Origin: Cycas panzhihuaensis
Taxonomy: Eukaryota; Plantae; Cycadophyta
NCBI GenBank assembly: GCA_023213395.1
Contig: CM041465.1
Location: 106,895,741-106,959,740 of the forward strand
Length of the DNA: 64,000 nucleotides
Direction of reading: 5' to 3'
Shown here: piece by piece, positions 53,501 to 64,000 of the stretch
How the letters are laid out: every line of letters starts with the position of its first letter
Numbering within the stretch: the stretch's first letter is position 1
The notes under the pieces: generated by a model
Told to the model about the DNA's origin: nothing
The model's database searches: none
Seen by the model: the letters and a program-made list of their open reading frames with translations, nothing else
Translations under genes and position numbers: made by a program

Positions 53501-53819
53501 GCAAGCTTTAACAAATCCTTGAAATAACTAAAATCATCAAGTAGGGGTTGAAATAATGATGCCTTTTAATACCCCTCTTAAAGTCAATATTAAGGGAGGA
53601 TGTTAAAAGATATTGTCAAATATCTAATACTTACTTGTATCATGCATAATTTAGTGGTTAAAATATTGGTGATTGCCATATTTAAAATGCACATCATGGT
53701 GTAATAACATAATTAGACATTTATTTGAAATAATAATGGAGTATTTATTTGTGGATTTTCCTTAAAAGGGTAATTTGCTAGCTTATTTTTAGCATTATTA
53801 TTATCTTTGTATAAACTAA

Positions 53820-55670
53820 TTTCATTATTCCATTACATGATACAATTGCTCTTTATTTCAATGAATAGTTTTTGCTTTTCTTTTTTTGTTTGCCACTAAA
53901 GCATTATCTTTCCTTTTTATTATTAAAAACAAAGTTATAATGATATTATTATTGATGTGTGAATACAAACAAAAGAATGGAATTGCCATAACACATTATT
54001 ATACATCATAATTTCTTTTTTCAACATACTAATAAAAATATATATTATATTATATTTCCAAATTCATAACTTTCAATTTAATTGTCATGAACAACATAAT
54101 ATCTAGTGAAATTTTATTAAAATAAATGTAAACTAGAATAAACTTCCTTTTTACCAATTTAGATGGAGAAAAATCACATGCATTTGCTTTATAAAACCTA
54201 CATAAATATATTTCCAATCTCAAGATTATGTTGATATGATTCTTTCCATCTCATAAGTATATATACACATTTATTGGTATTGTAGGAAGAAAATTATGTA
54301 ATTGTCTAGATTACTAATGCTTCTATATGCTTTGATTTTTCTTCTTGTCTAGAAGCTTTATGCTTGTCCAGATTACTAATGCTTCTAGATGCTTTGATTT
54401 TTCTTCTTGTCTAGAAGCTTTACGCTTGTCTAGATGCTTTGATTTTTCTTCTTGTCATCGTCGTAAACATTACTCTCAAATTGTACTATATGTCTTATTT
54501 TCTCATTTATCCTTGACTAGTGAGGAAATAATTAAGGTATGTCATATTGGAAATGTAATAGTTTGCTATATCATACTTTAACTTTTATTCACAACCCTAT
54601 AAATCATACTTGTATTGACCAAGAGTGGTGGAATATATGATACATTATCATTATCTTATGTAAGTTGTTACTTCTCATTCATTATATGATGTGTTTGTTG
54701 TTTATTTTAATGGGTAGTTTTCTTTTGTTTTTCTTTGCCACTATTGAATTCTCTTACTTTTTATTATTCAAAGTAGAGTAATTGGATGTGTGAGTACAAG
54801 CAAAATAAAGAAATCATTAATCAACATTATTGCATATTACAATATTTATATTTAATATATTAATATAAAAAAATATTATGTTATAGAAACAAATTTATAG
54901 CCTTCATCACCATGAATAACATAATATTGAGCAAAATTTGCTTTAGAGAAATATAAATTCCTCTTTTGTTAGTTTGTATAAAGAAAAATATTGTGCATCT
55001 CTTTCTATAAGTATCTAGTTGCACATTTTCTTCAATATCTTGACCATATGAAGTCACCTCTTAGATTTGAATGTTGCACTAGAATCTTCGTTCTACCTAC
55101 CATATTTTCTTACATGTTCTTGACCAAAAGAGGAAAAATTGAACCATGGCGTGTTTGAAACGCAATATCTTATCACTAAAAATAATTTAGCGATGTTGTA
55201 TTTGAAATGCAAGAGTTTTCTATCTTATTGTTTTACTTTTCAGTCATAGTCTAAGTCATAATGCGTGTTTTGCTAATTTCTTATTTTTCTGGACCTAAGA
55301 GTAGGAAAACAAACACCACGTTATTGTCATCTTTAGCCTATAAAAGCCCCTTTTGGGGTTCCATTCTAAGATACAATTGATCTTCTATTATCTTTGCGCT
55401 GAAAGCTTTGGGAACCAAAGATCAATACCTATAGCTATTGGTGAGTATGTTTGTAGATGAATGTACTAATTTTGTTTTAATTTTTTTTTTCTAAATTTTT
55501 TCCCTTTACATGAAGTGTTTTTATTATTTTCAATGAAGATTGTTTAAAAGCAATATTATGTCTTATTTTCTCATCTATTCTTGAATAAGAAGAAAATAAT
55601 TAAGCTACCATGTATCATAAATGTGATAGTTTGCTCTCATCTTTCAATTTTAATTCCCAACCTAAATTTT
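53820..55670. repeat. Old degenerate tandem duplication upstream of the LRR gene
   Basis: 53820-54200 resembles 54670-55010 (TTTGCCACTA; GATGTGTGA.TACAA.CAAAA). 54485-54600 resembles 55553-55665 (TATGTCTTATTTTCTCAT; AAATAATTAAG; ATAGTTTGCT). Confidence 0.7.
54302..54455. repeat. Tandem repeat, ~62-bp unit, about 2.5 copies
   Basis: TTGTCTAGATTACTAATGCTTCTATATGCTTTGATTTTTCTTCTTGTCTAGAAGCTTTATGC is repeated, with a partial third copy. Confidence 0.85.
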
Positions 55671-55998
55671 ACTAATATCTTGTGTTCTTTTATAATAAAT
55701 ATAGAATAGAAAAATAGATGTATGAATGGTCTCTTTGTTCTACAAATTTCTCTTCTTGTTTTTAGTACATAATGGAATTATTGTTCTATATAAGAGTTTG
55801 GAAGACATAGAATCACCAGGAACAATTATTGGTGAATGCGTTTAATGATGAAAAACTAGTTACTTTTATGTATCTAATTTGTTGTTTTATTTGTTTATTT
55901 TTAATTATAAATTGATATATAAATATTTTAATTATTTTGAATAATTAATTTGACTTATGTTGATTTAATTTTAAGAATATTTGATAACTCTTCCACAG
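55339..55998 (+). promoter_or_regulatory. Putative TATA box (55339-55346), 5'UTR exon and 5'UTR intron (55441-55998) of the LRR-RLP gene
   Basis: CCTATAAAAG; donor G|GTGAGT at 55441; AT-rich intron; acceptor TTCCACAG|G at 55998, 30 bp before the signal-peptide ORF. Confidence 0.55.
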
Positions 55999-56028
55999 GT
56001 GGAAGTGCGAGAGAAATAACAAAATAAG

Positions 56029-56956
56029 TTGGTGGAATTTAGGTCAACAATATTGCTGCTGTTTGCAGTGCTATGGTATGGAACAATATTGTCTCCTATG
56101 ACAGCGGCTTCATGTTTAAGCGAGGAGAGGTTGGCTCTGCTTAAAGTGAAGGTTGCACACCCCACACCCAAATTGTCTTCGTGGAAGGGAGACGATTGCT
56201 GCCAATGGAAAGGCGTCCGGTGTGACAATCATACGTCACACATAATCAGACTTGACCTCCACAATTCTTTGCCTTATCCTTATCCGTCAATGACGAATAA
56301 TGGAGTCAGTCTAGCTATATTTTCACTGATACAATTTAAATACTTGGATTTGAGTTTCAATTATTTCGGTGGGGCTATGCCTGCAGGTACCCGTATTGAA
56401 GGCTATTGTATGCACTCTTTTATTAACATTTGGATTTGAGAGTTTCAATAATTGGTTGGTTGGGAACTGCTGTGCTTCTGAGCTTGTTTGGATTGAAAGG
56501 ATTGGAGCATCTGGATTTAAGTGGGAATGGGTTTGAGGGGGCTATACCCATCGGAATTGCCTCACTCCACAATTTAACTTACCTCAACTTGGCAAATGCT
56601 CACGGCTTGATTCGATCCTCCACACTGGGAGTCTCACCCGCTTGCACTTTTTGGATCTCTCAGTTGACTATGTTGTAATAAACATGTGGAGCTCGAGTTT
56701 AGCGTGGATGCGGTATTTATCGGCATTAAATTATCTGGCACTTGATGGCATGGACCTGAGTTAGATGAGAAGCGAGAATTGGGGAGACTCCATATCTTAT
56801 CTCCACAACTTGCACCACCTTCACTTGTCGACCGCCAAATTGTCGGGACCCATTCCCATTGGTTTGCACAACTTGACCTCCCTCTCTTCCCTCGACCTGA
56901 ATGACAATGACCAGATATCTTCAGTGATACCTGAGTGGATGGGGAATCTTACCTGA
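56029..56956 (+). pseudogene. Leucine-rich-repeat receptor-like protein/kinase pseudogene (EIX2/RXEG1-like N-terminus), 3'-truncated
   Basis: Signal peptide, then LRRNT cap CLSEERLALL...LSSWKGDDCCQWKGVRCDNHTSHIIRLDL. Plant LRRs LEHLDLSGNGFEGAIP, LHNLTYLNLAN and LSGPIPIGLHNLTSLSSLDLNDN. Starts at TTG rather than ATG, has at least two frameshifts and an in-frame stop at about 56762, and ends at a copia LTR. Confidence 0.9.
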
Positions 56957-56963
56957 GTGGATG

Positions 56964-59900
56964 AGTTAATAATAGAACAGCAAACAAAGATTTTGTAGTA
57001 AAATTAGTCTATCTTCAAATATTTTCTATTAATATTGAATTGTATGATACAAAGTATGATATAGATATAAATACAAGTGTTGGCCAAATAACTATCCATT
57101 AGAGTGGTAATTATCCTAACTCGTGTCATGCGCCCACTAAAGACTTTGGTAACTCTCAATAACACATGGTTCAAACTAACCCATCAAGGACTCGCTTAAC
57201 CACTAGGACTCACAACATTAAATTATGACCCAAGCGAACATTAATTCTAGCACTCCCCTTAATGTTTATTTCATTGACTTTAACATAAATACCATCTCTA
57301 AACTTCTCAAGTTTGTCTTGTGCCAACAATTTGGTGAAGATGTGTGCCAACTTTTCATTAATAGGCTTGTAAATCAACTCAATCTCTCCATTTTGAGTCT
57401 TCTCTCTAATAAAATGATAACGCACCTCAATATGTTTCATGCATAAAACACTAGATTCTTAGCTATCTTCAATGTACTTGAATTATAATGGTCCAACTTT
57501 GTAATGCCTTTCTAATAAAAACCTAAATCACCAAGAAACAATTTTAACTAGATGGCTTTGCATGCTACAACTATAGCGTTATGCTGTGCTTTAGTAAAAG
57601 AAATGACATCATTGGGTTGTTTTTTGTTGCTCCAAGTTACAATAACTAATCTAAAACTAAAATAGTATCTAAAAATGAACCTTCTACTGTCAATGCATCC
57701 AACCTAATCTAAATAAAAAAGACCCTCCAAGACAAAATTATTGTTGTGGGTAAACTCAAGTCCATACTATAGTGTTTCCTACAAGTATCTCAAAATCTTC
57801 CTTCCAATTTTCTAATGGCTTTGCTTTAGTTCTATCATGAACTTGGATCCCATGCCTATTGCATAAATAATATTAGGTTTAGTTGTAATCAAATAAATGT
57901 AACTTTTAACTTTTTGTCTGTACAAATTGCCATATACCTGCTTCCCTTCATCTTAAGCTAATAACTTTGTCCATGCTTCCATTGGGATCAACGAAGGCTT
58001 GTAGTCCTCCATTCTGAATTTTTCCAAAATTTTCCATGTGTATTTAGTATGTAAAATGGATATCCTACTAGGTCTTTACCAAACTTCTAATTTGAGGAAA
58101 TAATGGAGTAGTTGAAGATCAATCATTTTAAAAGTGTTCTTTAAATCTTCTTTTAAGTCTTTTACAATTGAGGTATCATTGCTTGTTATGACTAAATCAC
58201 CAGCATACAAGAGCATGGAGATCACAAATCTTCCATCATGAACCTTTATATACAAGTTTGAATTAATTAACAAATTTTCAAATCCATTCTTATGAAAACA
58301 ATCATCAATTTTAAAAATACAAGGCTTTAATAAGCTACTTTAAGCCATACAAAGCCTTTTTTAGAGGGGACATACCAAATATCCCTTACCCTCCTTTGCA
58401 TATCCAAGTGGCTACTCCATATAGACCTCTTCTATCAAATCTCCATTAAGGAGAATACTGTTCATATCAAACTAGTGTAATTTCCATTTAAATTAGGAAG
58501 TGAAAGCAAGTATGATCCTCATAGTTATCATTTTTACTACTAGAGCAAATGTCTCCTGATCATCAACTCCTCCTTTCTACTTGAAGCCTTTAGCCACTAA
58601 TCTAGTTTTATATTTCAATCGAGCCATTTTATATGAATTTGGTCATATAAACCCATCTACATCTAATTGCACATTTCCCTTTGAGAAATTATACTAAATC
58701 CCAAGTTTTATTCTTGCTCACTGCTCAGATTTCAACATCTATAACGCCTTTCCACTTTTTCTTTGAATTTGCCCCCTTAAAAGTGGAAGCCTTTTTTGCA
58801 TTAGGCACCTATGTCATAAGGTCATAATTGACCCTTATATAGGTCTCATCTTGGATTTTTACTTACCTTGTGTCTTAAGTGACTATGCATCAACAATTAT
58901 TTTCAGATACCATTTGAGCAACCTCTTTGATGGCAAAATGATTTCATATTTAACATCATCAAATCCCTCCTCTTCATCAATAGTATCAACTAATGCATTG
59001 ATCGATTATGATTCTGACATGACAAATTCTCTCAAAAAACTTGATTATAGTTGTTTCTTGATTTGTTTTCCTTTCTCCTGCCTAAATTGCAATGAACCTA
59101 GGGTTTTCTCCTTGTCACTTTCTTCAAATCTGGCGTCACAAGTTGTGTGCACCATTTTGATTTTTCGCCTGTACACTCAATAAGTTTTTCCCATCTCATT
59201 ATACCAAATGAAAATGCAATTTAAATTTTCTTAATCAAATTTTTATTGTTTCTCCTTTGGAATGTGTTTGCATCCTATACACTCAAAGATTCTATGAGGG
59301 CTCATTGTAGGATTTCTGTCTATCCAAGCCTCCTCAAGCATCACATTCCTAACAACCTTTATAGGACTCTTATTCGTCAAGTAAATTATTGCATCATAGC
59401 TCTTGTCAAATCTAGTAAACTCTTGGAATTCAATATTAACTTGGCATTTTCAATAAGAGTCATATTCATCCTTCCTATCATTTTATTTTACTATGGTGTA
59501 TATATAGTTGTGAACTACTTTTTGATTCCATGATTCTTACAACATCGATCAAATTCTTTGGAGGTGTATTCACCACTATTATTAGATCTGAGGATTTTCA
59601 ACCTGTGCACTTTTATTTTTAGCCTTCTCTTTAAATTCTTTGAAAATATCAAAGGCATGTGACTTCTCATTATGGAATAAACCCATGCTTTCCTCGAGAA
59701 AGCATCAAGGTAAAAAGTTATTTTGCACCTCCAAGTGATCTTGTTAGTATTAGTTCATGCCAAGATTGTAAATGGTTTAACATGCACAACATACATCCAG
59801 ATCTTTAGCATACACAACAAGCATTAAATAACAAAGAATGATACACTGAATATATGTAGAAAAACCCTCTTGAGAAAGAAACCCACCAAGCCAAATCAAT

Positions 59901-61621
59901 CATTACATTCATTACAGTCCAACCTAGGGCTTGGAATATATATAAACCCATATGGTACATCCATATAAGAAATGCGACTCTTCGTTAATCATGGATATTC
60001 AACTAATCAACTCATTAATTAACCACATTTACATTAATTAACTATATGGTTAACACTTAACCACTCTAGCATCCCCTTTAATGGAAATGTAAGGAATTAG
60101 GCTTCAATTAGAAATCTCCAAGCGAAGGCAGTATTTTCCAAAAGAGTTTTCCTAGGTATATCCTGTGTACTATTCTTTATTGTTTGATGCTTGCTCTGAT
60201 ACCATGTTAAGATTGTGAATGGTTTAACATGCACAACATACATCCAAATCTTCAACATACATAACAAGCATCAAACAATAAAGAATAGTACACTAGATTT
60301 ATGTCGAGAAATTGTTTCAAGAAAAAGCCCACTAAGCCAAATCAATCGTTACGTTGATTGCACTATAATGAGATGATACATCCAATCTAAGGGTTGGTAT
60401 ATATATATAAACTTGTATGGTACGTCCATCTAAAGAGATGCAACTCTTCATTAATCATGGCCATTCAACTAATCAACTCACTAATTAACCACATTTACAT
60501 TAATGTAAGTATGTGGTTAACACTTAACCAATCTAATAGTCAACAAATATCATAGCGGACATAAGTCCAATTTCTCTTTTGCTCTTAAGGCTTTACCTCT
60601 TTCAAATTTCTCTTGATGTTCCTTGATCATTATACATGGTTCACATAGATAATTTTCAATTTCAAGTCTTGGTAAGCCATGTACCATATTCAATTTAAGC
60701 ATCAACCAAATACAAGACTAATTCAAATGTCCCATGCATCTAAGTCGTGAATGATTCTTGAGTTATATTAGTAGTAAATGCTCTTTGATTTACATTTACG
60801 CCTTCGACTTATAAAGGCCATCTTCTTCTATACCTATTGCTATGACTTTTCCATTACTATCTTTGATTATATATTTGCCATGTTCAAAATGAACACTGAT
60901 GTTATTTTTCTTAATTTGACTAATAAAGATCATATCCTTCATTAGTCTAGGTACACAAAATGTCATTGATGTAAGTACTCTCACCACTTGGTGTAATTAT
61001 AAAGACCAAGCCAATTCCTTCAGCTTGTAGTATGGAGTCGTCACCAAGTATAACAAATTGACTTTTAGCCTCCCACACATGTCTAAACCATTCTAACTTG
61101 TATGCCATATGTCTAGCAACACTTGAATCAATATAACAAGCTTCATCAAAATTATACCTCAACTATTAAATTGGTATGAAGAGTCATTCCTTTTCATCCT
61201 TACTTGAAGAATGACCAAAAAAAGAACCAAACCGTTGTTTCTTTTGCTATTTCAACTAATCATACTATTTCTATTAATCATATTACAACTTTCTACGGTC
61301 TTTTTTAAAGTGCCTAGGTCTATCATAGTAATAACATACTCTTGATTTACCTAGCCCTTTAAAGAACTTACGACCCTTCTTCTAAGCATTATGTTCCTTG
61401 GGAGCAACATTCTTCTTCTAAATAAAGAGCTTATGCCCTTTGTACTTTATTGCATATGCACCAAGTGTTTTGCCTTTATTACTTTCTTTCAACAACTACT
61501 CTTGTTGTAATAGTAAACCCTCAAGTTCATTAAAAGTGATTGTGCGGAGTTTCTCAGCTATTGTCAAACTATGACAAACTTCTCATATGACTGGGGCAAA
61601 CTCTTTAACACAAAGGCAATC
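56964..61621 (-). mobile_element. Ty1/copia element E (3' LTR about 56964-57252, RNase H, RT, integrase, protease, gag part), interrupted by a TRIM and by the 61622 gypsy
   Basis: PPT complement CTCCCCTT at 57253-57260; MKHIEVRYHFIREK...AHIFTK; LLYAGDLVIT; LRSNNSGEYTSKEF; CYIDSSVARHM; CYYYDRPRH. Confidence 0.9.
59758..60538 (-). mobile_element. Complete TRIM (terminal-repeat retrotransposon in miniature), 781 bp
   Basis: Direct repeats 59758-60071 and 60205-60538 enclose a 133-bp non-coding interior with perfect PBS (GCTCTGATACCA, 60193-60204) and PPT (TCCCCTTT, 60072-60079). TSD GTTCA/GTCAA. Confidence 0.92.
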
Positions 61622-64000
61622 TATAGGAATCATAGTGGGCATTCATACAAAAAACAATTGAAAACACACAGATCTATGCTATTTAGCAAAGTAAATCCAA
61701 ATATACCATGTGATATGATGACAATTGCTAAAGTAAAATAACCAAATCTCAAAAGTTAATTAAAAATACTAATCACAAAGACAATAATAACAGTTCAATA
61801 TTATTTATAAAATGTCCAAAACTTACAATTATTGAACACCACAATACGTCCCCTTTTTAACATGGGGTGTCCTTCCAAAACAAATCCTGTGAAAATAAAA
61901 ATAGCAAATTGGATAATCTTCTAATGATGCCTTACAATAGGGATATGATGCCCCATATACAGGTGAAGTAAAATTTAAAAATAGAAGTTGGTTTTGAGAA
62001 AGGCATCCAACCAAAATTAAGAGAGAAAAATAAAGAACAAAATATTAAGAGTAGAGCCTAGTTATGCATTCAAAAGAAATGCTACAAGTTCTCCCTGTTG
62101 AAAACATGTTTTGCCTTCAAAACATGGAAATGTGAGAATGTTGTTGGCACCATGCTTCAGATTCCCACGTGGCATCTTCCTTGTTGAGGCCTCTCCACCT
62201 GATCAAATACTCACAAATCTTCTTAGAGCAAAGCTGCTTAGTTTGAATATGGATAATGGCTTCAGGTTCTATAGTAAACTATCCTTCTTCGTCTAATATG
62301 GGAGGTATTGTCTTGATTATCATGGGAGGTATTGTCACAAGAGATGTGCAATACATTGTGCACTTTGTTGTTAAGTAGTAGATCAAGTTGGTAGGCTACC
62401 TCTTGTACGTTCTCCAAGATCTAATAAGGCCCATAAAATTGTGGCCACAATTTAAACCTCCTTGCTTGCTTTAGCGTAAATTGTTTACATAGTTGAAGCG
62501 TTAAAAAAAACCCACCTCCTTTGTCAAACAGCCTTTCTAATCTATGCAAATCAACTTTTTATTGCATATGGTTCCTTGCTAAGTTGAAATAGTCCTTCAA
62601 AATTTGTACTATCTGAGCCAACTATTGTTGTTGGTCCTATACAACAAGTACAAGGAGTTACTGGCCCATGGGAGGAGAGATAGGGGTTCATTACCATATA
62701 ATGCCTAAAAGAGTCATCTTGACCAAGGTGTGATAGGTGGTATTGTACCACCATTCAGTTGGATATAACCACCTATGCTAATGTTGTTACTTATTAGGTG
62801 AAAAGTTCTGAAGATAGCCTTCCAAACATTTATTCACTGCTTCTATTTGTGGATGATAGGCTATGCTCATTGTGAGCTTAGTACCTCCCTGGTGGAACAT
62901 CTCATGTCAAAAGTTGTTCATGAATTTTAGATTAGATCACTTACTATCACTTTGGGAAAACCCTGTAGTCTACAAAATTCTTTAATAAATAGATTGACAA
63001 TCTGACTAGCCTTAACTATGGACTGAGTACCTCTAAAGTGTGTATACTTAGCCAATTGATCCACTACTATAAATAACAAGTCCTTACTTCCTTATCTCAA
63101 TAGACTTATTATAAAATCCATTGATATTTCCTCCCATTTTTGTTCTAGTATATGTAACGGGTAAAGTGATCTTAGAATTCTAATATTTTCGCTATTGTTC
63201 TTTGACAAGTGTCGCATTCTAATACAAACTTGTAGACATCTACTTTCAAACTTTTCGAGAAAAATATATTATGGACTTGGAAATACATTTTGTCGATCCC
63301 TATGCACTAATAATGGTGTCACATGAACTTCTTGAATGAACTTCTACTCGAGTGTTGATGTATAAGGGACAAAGATCTTCCCCCTATGCAAAATTAAATC
63401 AGTCCATAATCTGTATTTCGTTTGTGTTCTTGCTTGGATTTTTTAGAGTATATGTTGTGCCCTCGATCTTTCTAGTATTCTTGTACCAACTCGCGTGTCC
63501 AACTATGTGTGGCCATTGAAATTGCCCAAAGGGTGGGTTGCTTTGGATTCCTAGTTAGTGGATCTACCACCACATTCTCTTTCCCTTTCTTGTAGATGAT
63601 ACCAAAGTCGAAAGCTTGCAATTTGCTTACCCATTTTTGTTACTTGTTTGATAAAACCCTTTCATTCAAGAAATACTTAAGTCTGTCATGATTAGTCTTG
63701 ACGAAGAATTTGCTCCTTACTAAGTATTATTGCCATTGGTGGATGGCATGCATAATTGTAAGCATTTCCTTGTTGTAAATATGTTTTAGTTGTTTTCTTG
63801 AATTTAGTCTCTGACTTTCGTAAGCTATGGGTTGCTTGTTCTAAAGCAAAATTGCTTCTAATCCAACTCCTTAAGCATCACATTCCAAAACAAACGGTTC
63901 TCTTACGTCTTGTGTAGCTAAAACAGGGTAGTGAGCATCGCATTCTTCAATCCTTAGAAAGCTTATTCTACTGGTTGGTGCCATATGAAAGCTCCCTTCT
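61622..64000 (-). mobile_element. Ty3/gypsy chromovirus, 3' part (RNase H, integrase, chromodomain, 3' LTR 61622-62086); runs off the right edge
   Basis: RNase H FVLECDA*GVGLEA and WVSKLQAFDF; integrase WEEISMDFI and VVDQLAKYTHF; chromodomain EPEAII..EYLIRWRGLNKEDATWE; LTR start TGTAGCATT after a purine tract. Confidence 0.9.

Larger units (their letters stand above)
24400..53820 (+). mobile_element. Oldest host Ty1/copia element (D), in three pieces: about 24400-25694, 43219-43265 and 50542-53600, plus 3' LTR start at 53601
   Basis: Degenerate knuckle (KGHVKKY, about 25440) and protease *IIDSSCLYDMIGN (25558-25600). The protein sequence continues across both insertions (ISVGN|IIVKNKSINN..|GFKSNLL). 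Integrase LELIHFNICGPF near 51000, RT YVYDM near 52600, RNase H QIVDVFTKPL near 53470, PPT AAGGGAGGA 53592-53600. Outer ends approximate. Confidence 0.8.

Noticed and set aside
53601-54026. TG...CA-bounded 426-bp segment as the complete 3' LTR of copia D
   Set aside because: Its right half belongs to the upstream duplication shared with 54670-55010, and no matching 5' LTR was found, so the LTR end is unresolved.
56387-56470. GT at 56387 as an intron rescuing the LRR reading frame
   Set aside because: The supposed intron itself encodes a degenerate LRR (HLDLSFNN with a 2-bp insertion), and later frameshifts and a stop remain.
59758-60538. Cassandra-type TRIM carrying 5S rRNA sequence
   Set aside because: No 5S A-box/C-box-like segment is visible in the LTRs.

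Overview
Eukaryotic plant nuclear DNA, most consistent with a large-genome seed plant such as a gymnosperm (inference from the element families, the highly diverged yet TSD-intact LTR pairs, and heavy C>T/G>A decay). About 95% of the window is decayed retrotransposon sequence. It holds two copies of an Ogre/Tat-like Ty3/gypsy gag-protease element, four or five chromovirus-type gypsy pieces (one full-length copy nested in a relative), at least six Ty1/copia-derived elements, a full-length RNase H-bearing L1 LINE with an 18-bp TSD, solo LTRs and a complete TRIM. TSDs and split reading frames let the 24-54 kb block be rebuilt as a four-level nest. The only host-gene sequence is an LRR receptor-like protein pseudogene at about 56.0-56.96 kb, with a TATA box, a 5'UTR intron and a duplicated W-box-containing upstream region, cut off by a copia insertion. 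I found no intact protein-coding gene, RNA gene or CRISPR array. The most notable observations are a FUS/FET-like Q/G/N/Y-rich + RG-rich + zinc-knuckle module in the Gag of two related copia elements, several non-autonomous element types, a templated-insertion repair scar, and a miniature tandem array of LTR-end/PBS units. All calls are from manual reading; no alignments or database searches were run, and boundaries without a TSD are approximate.
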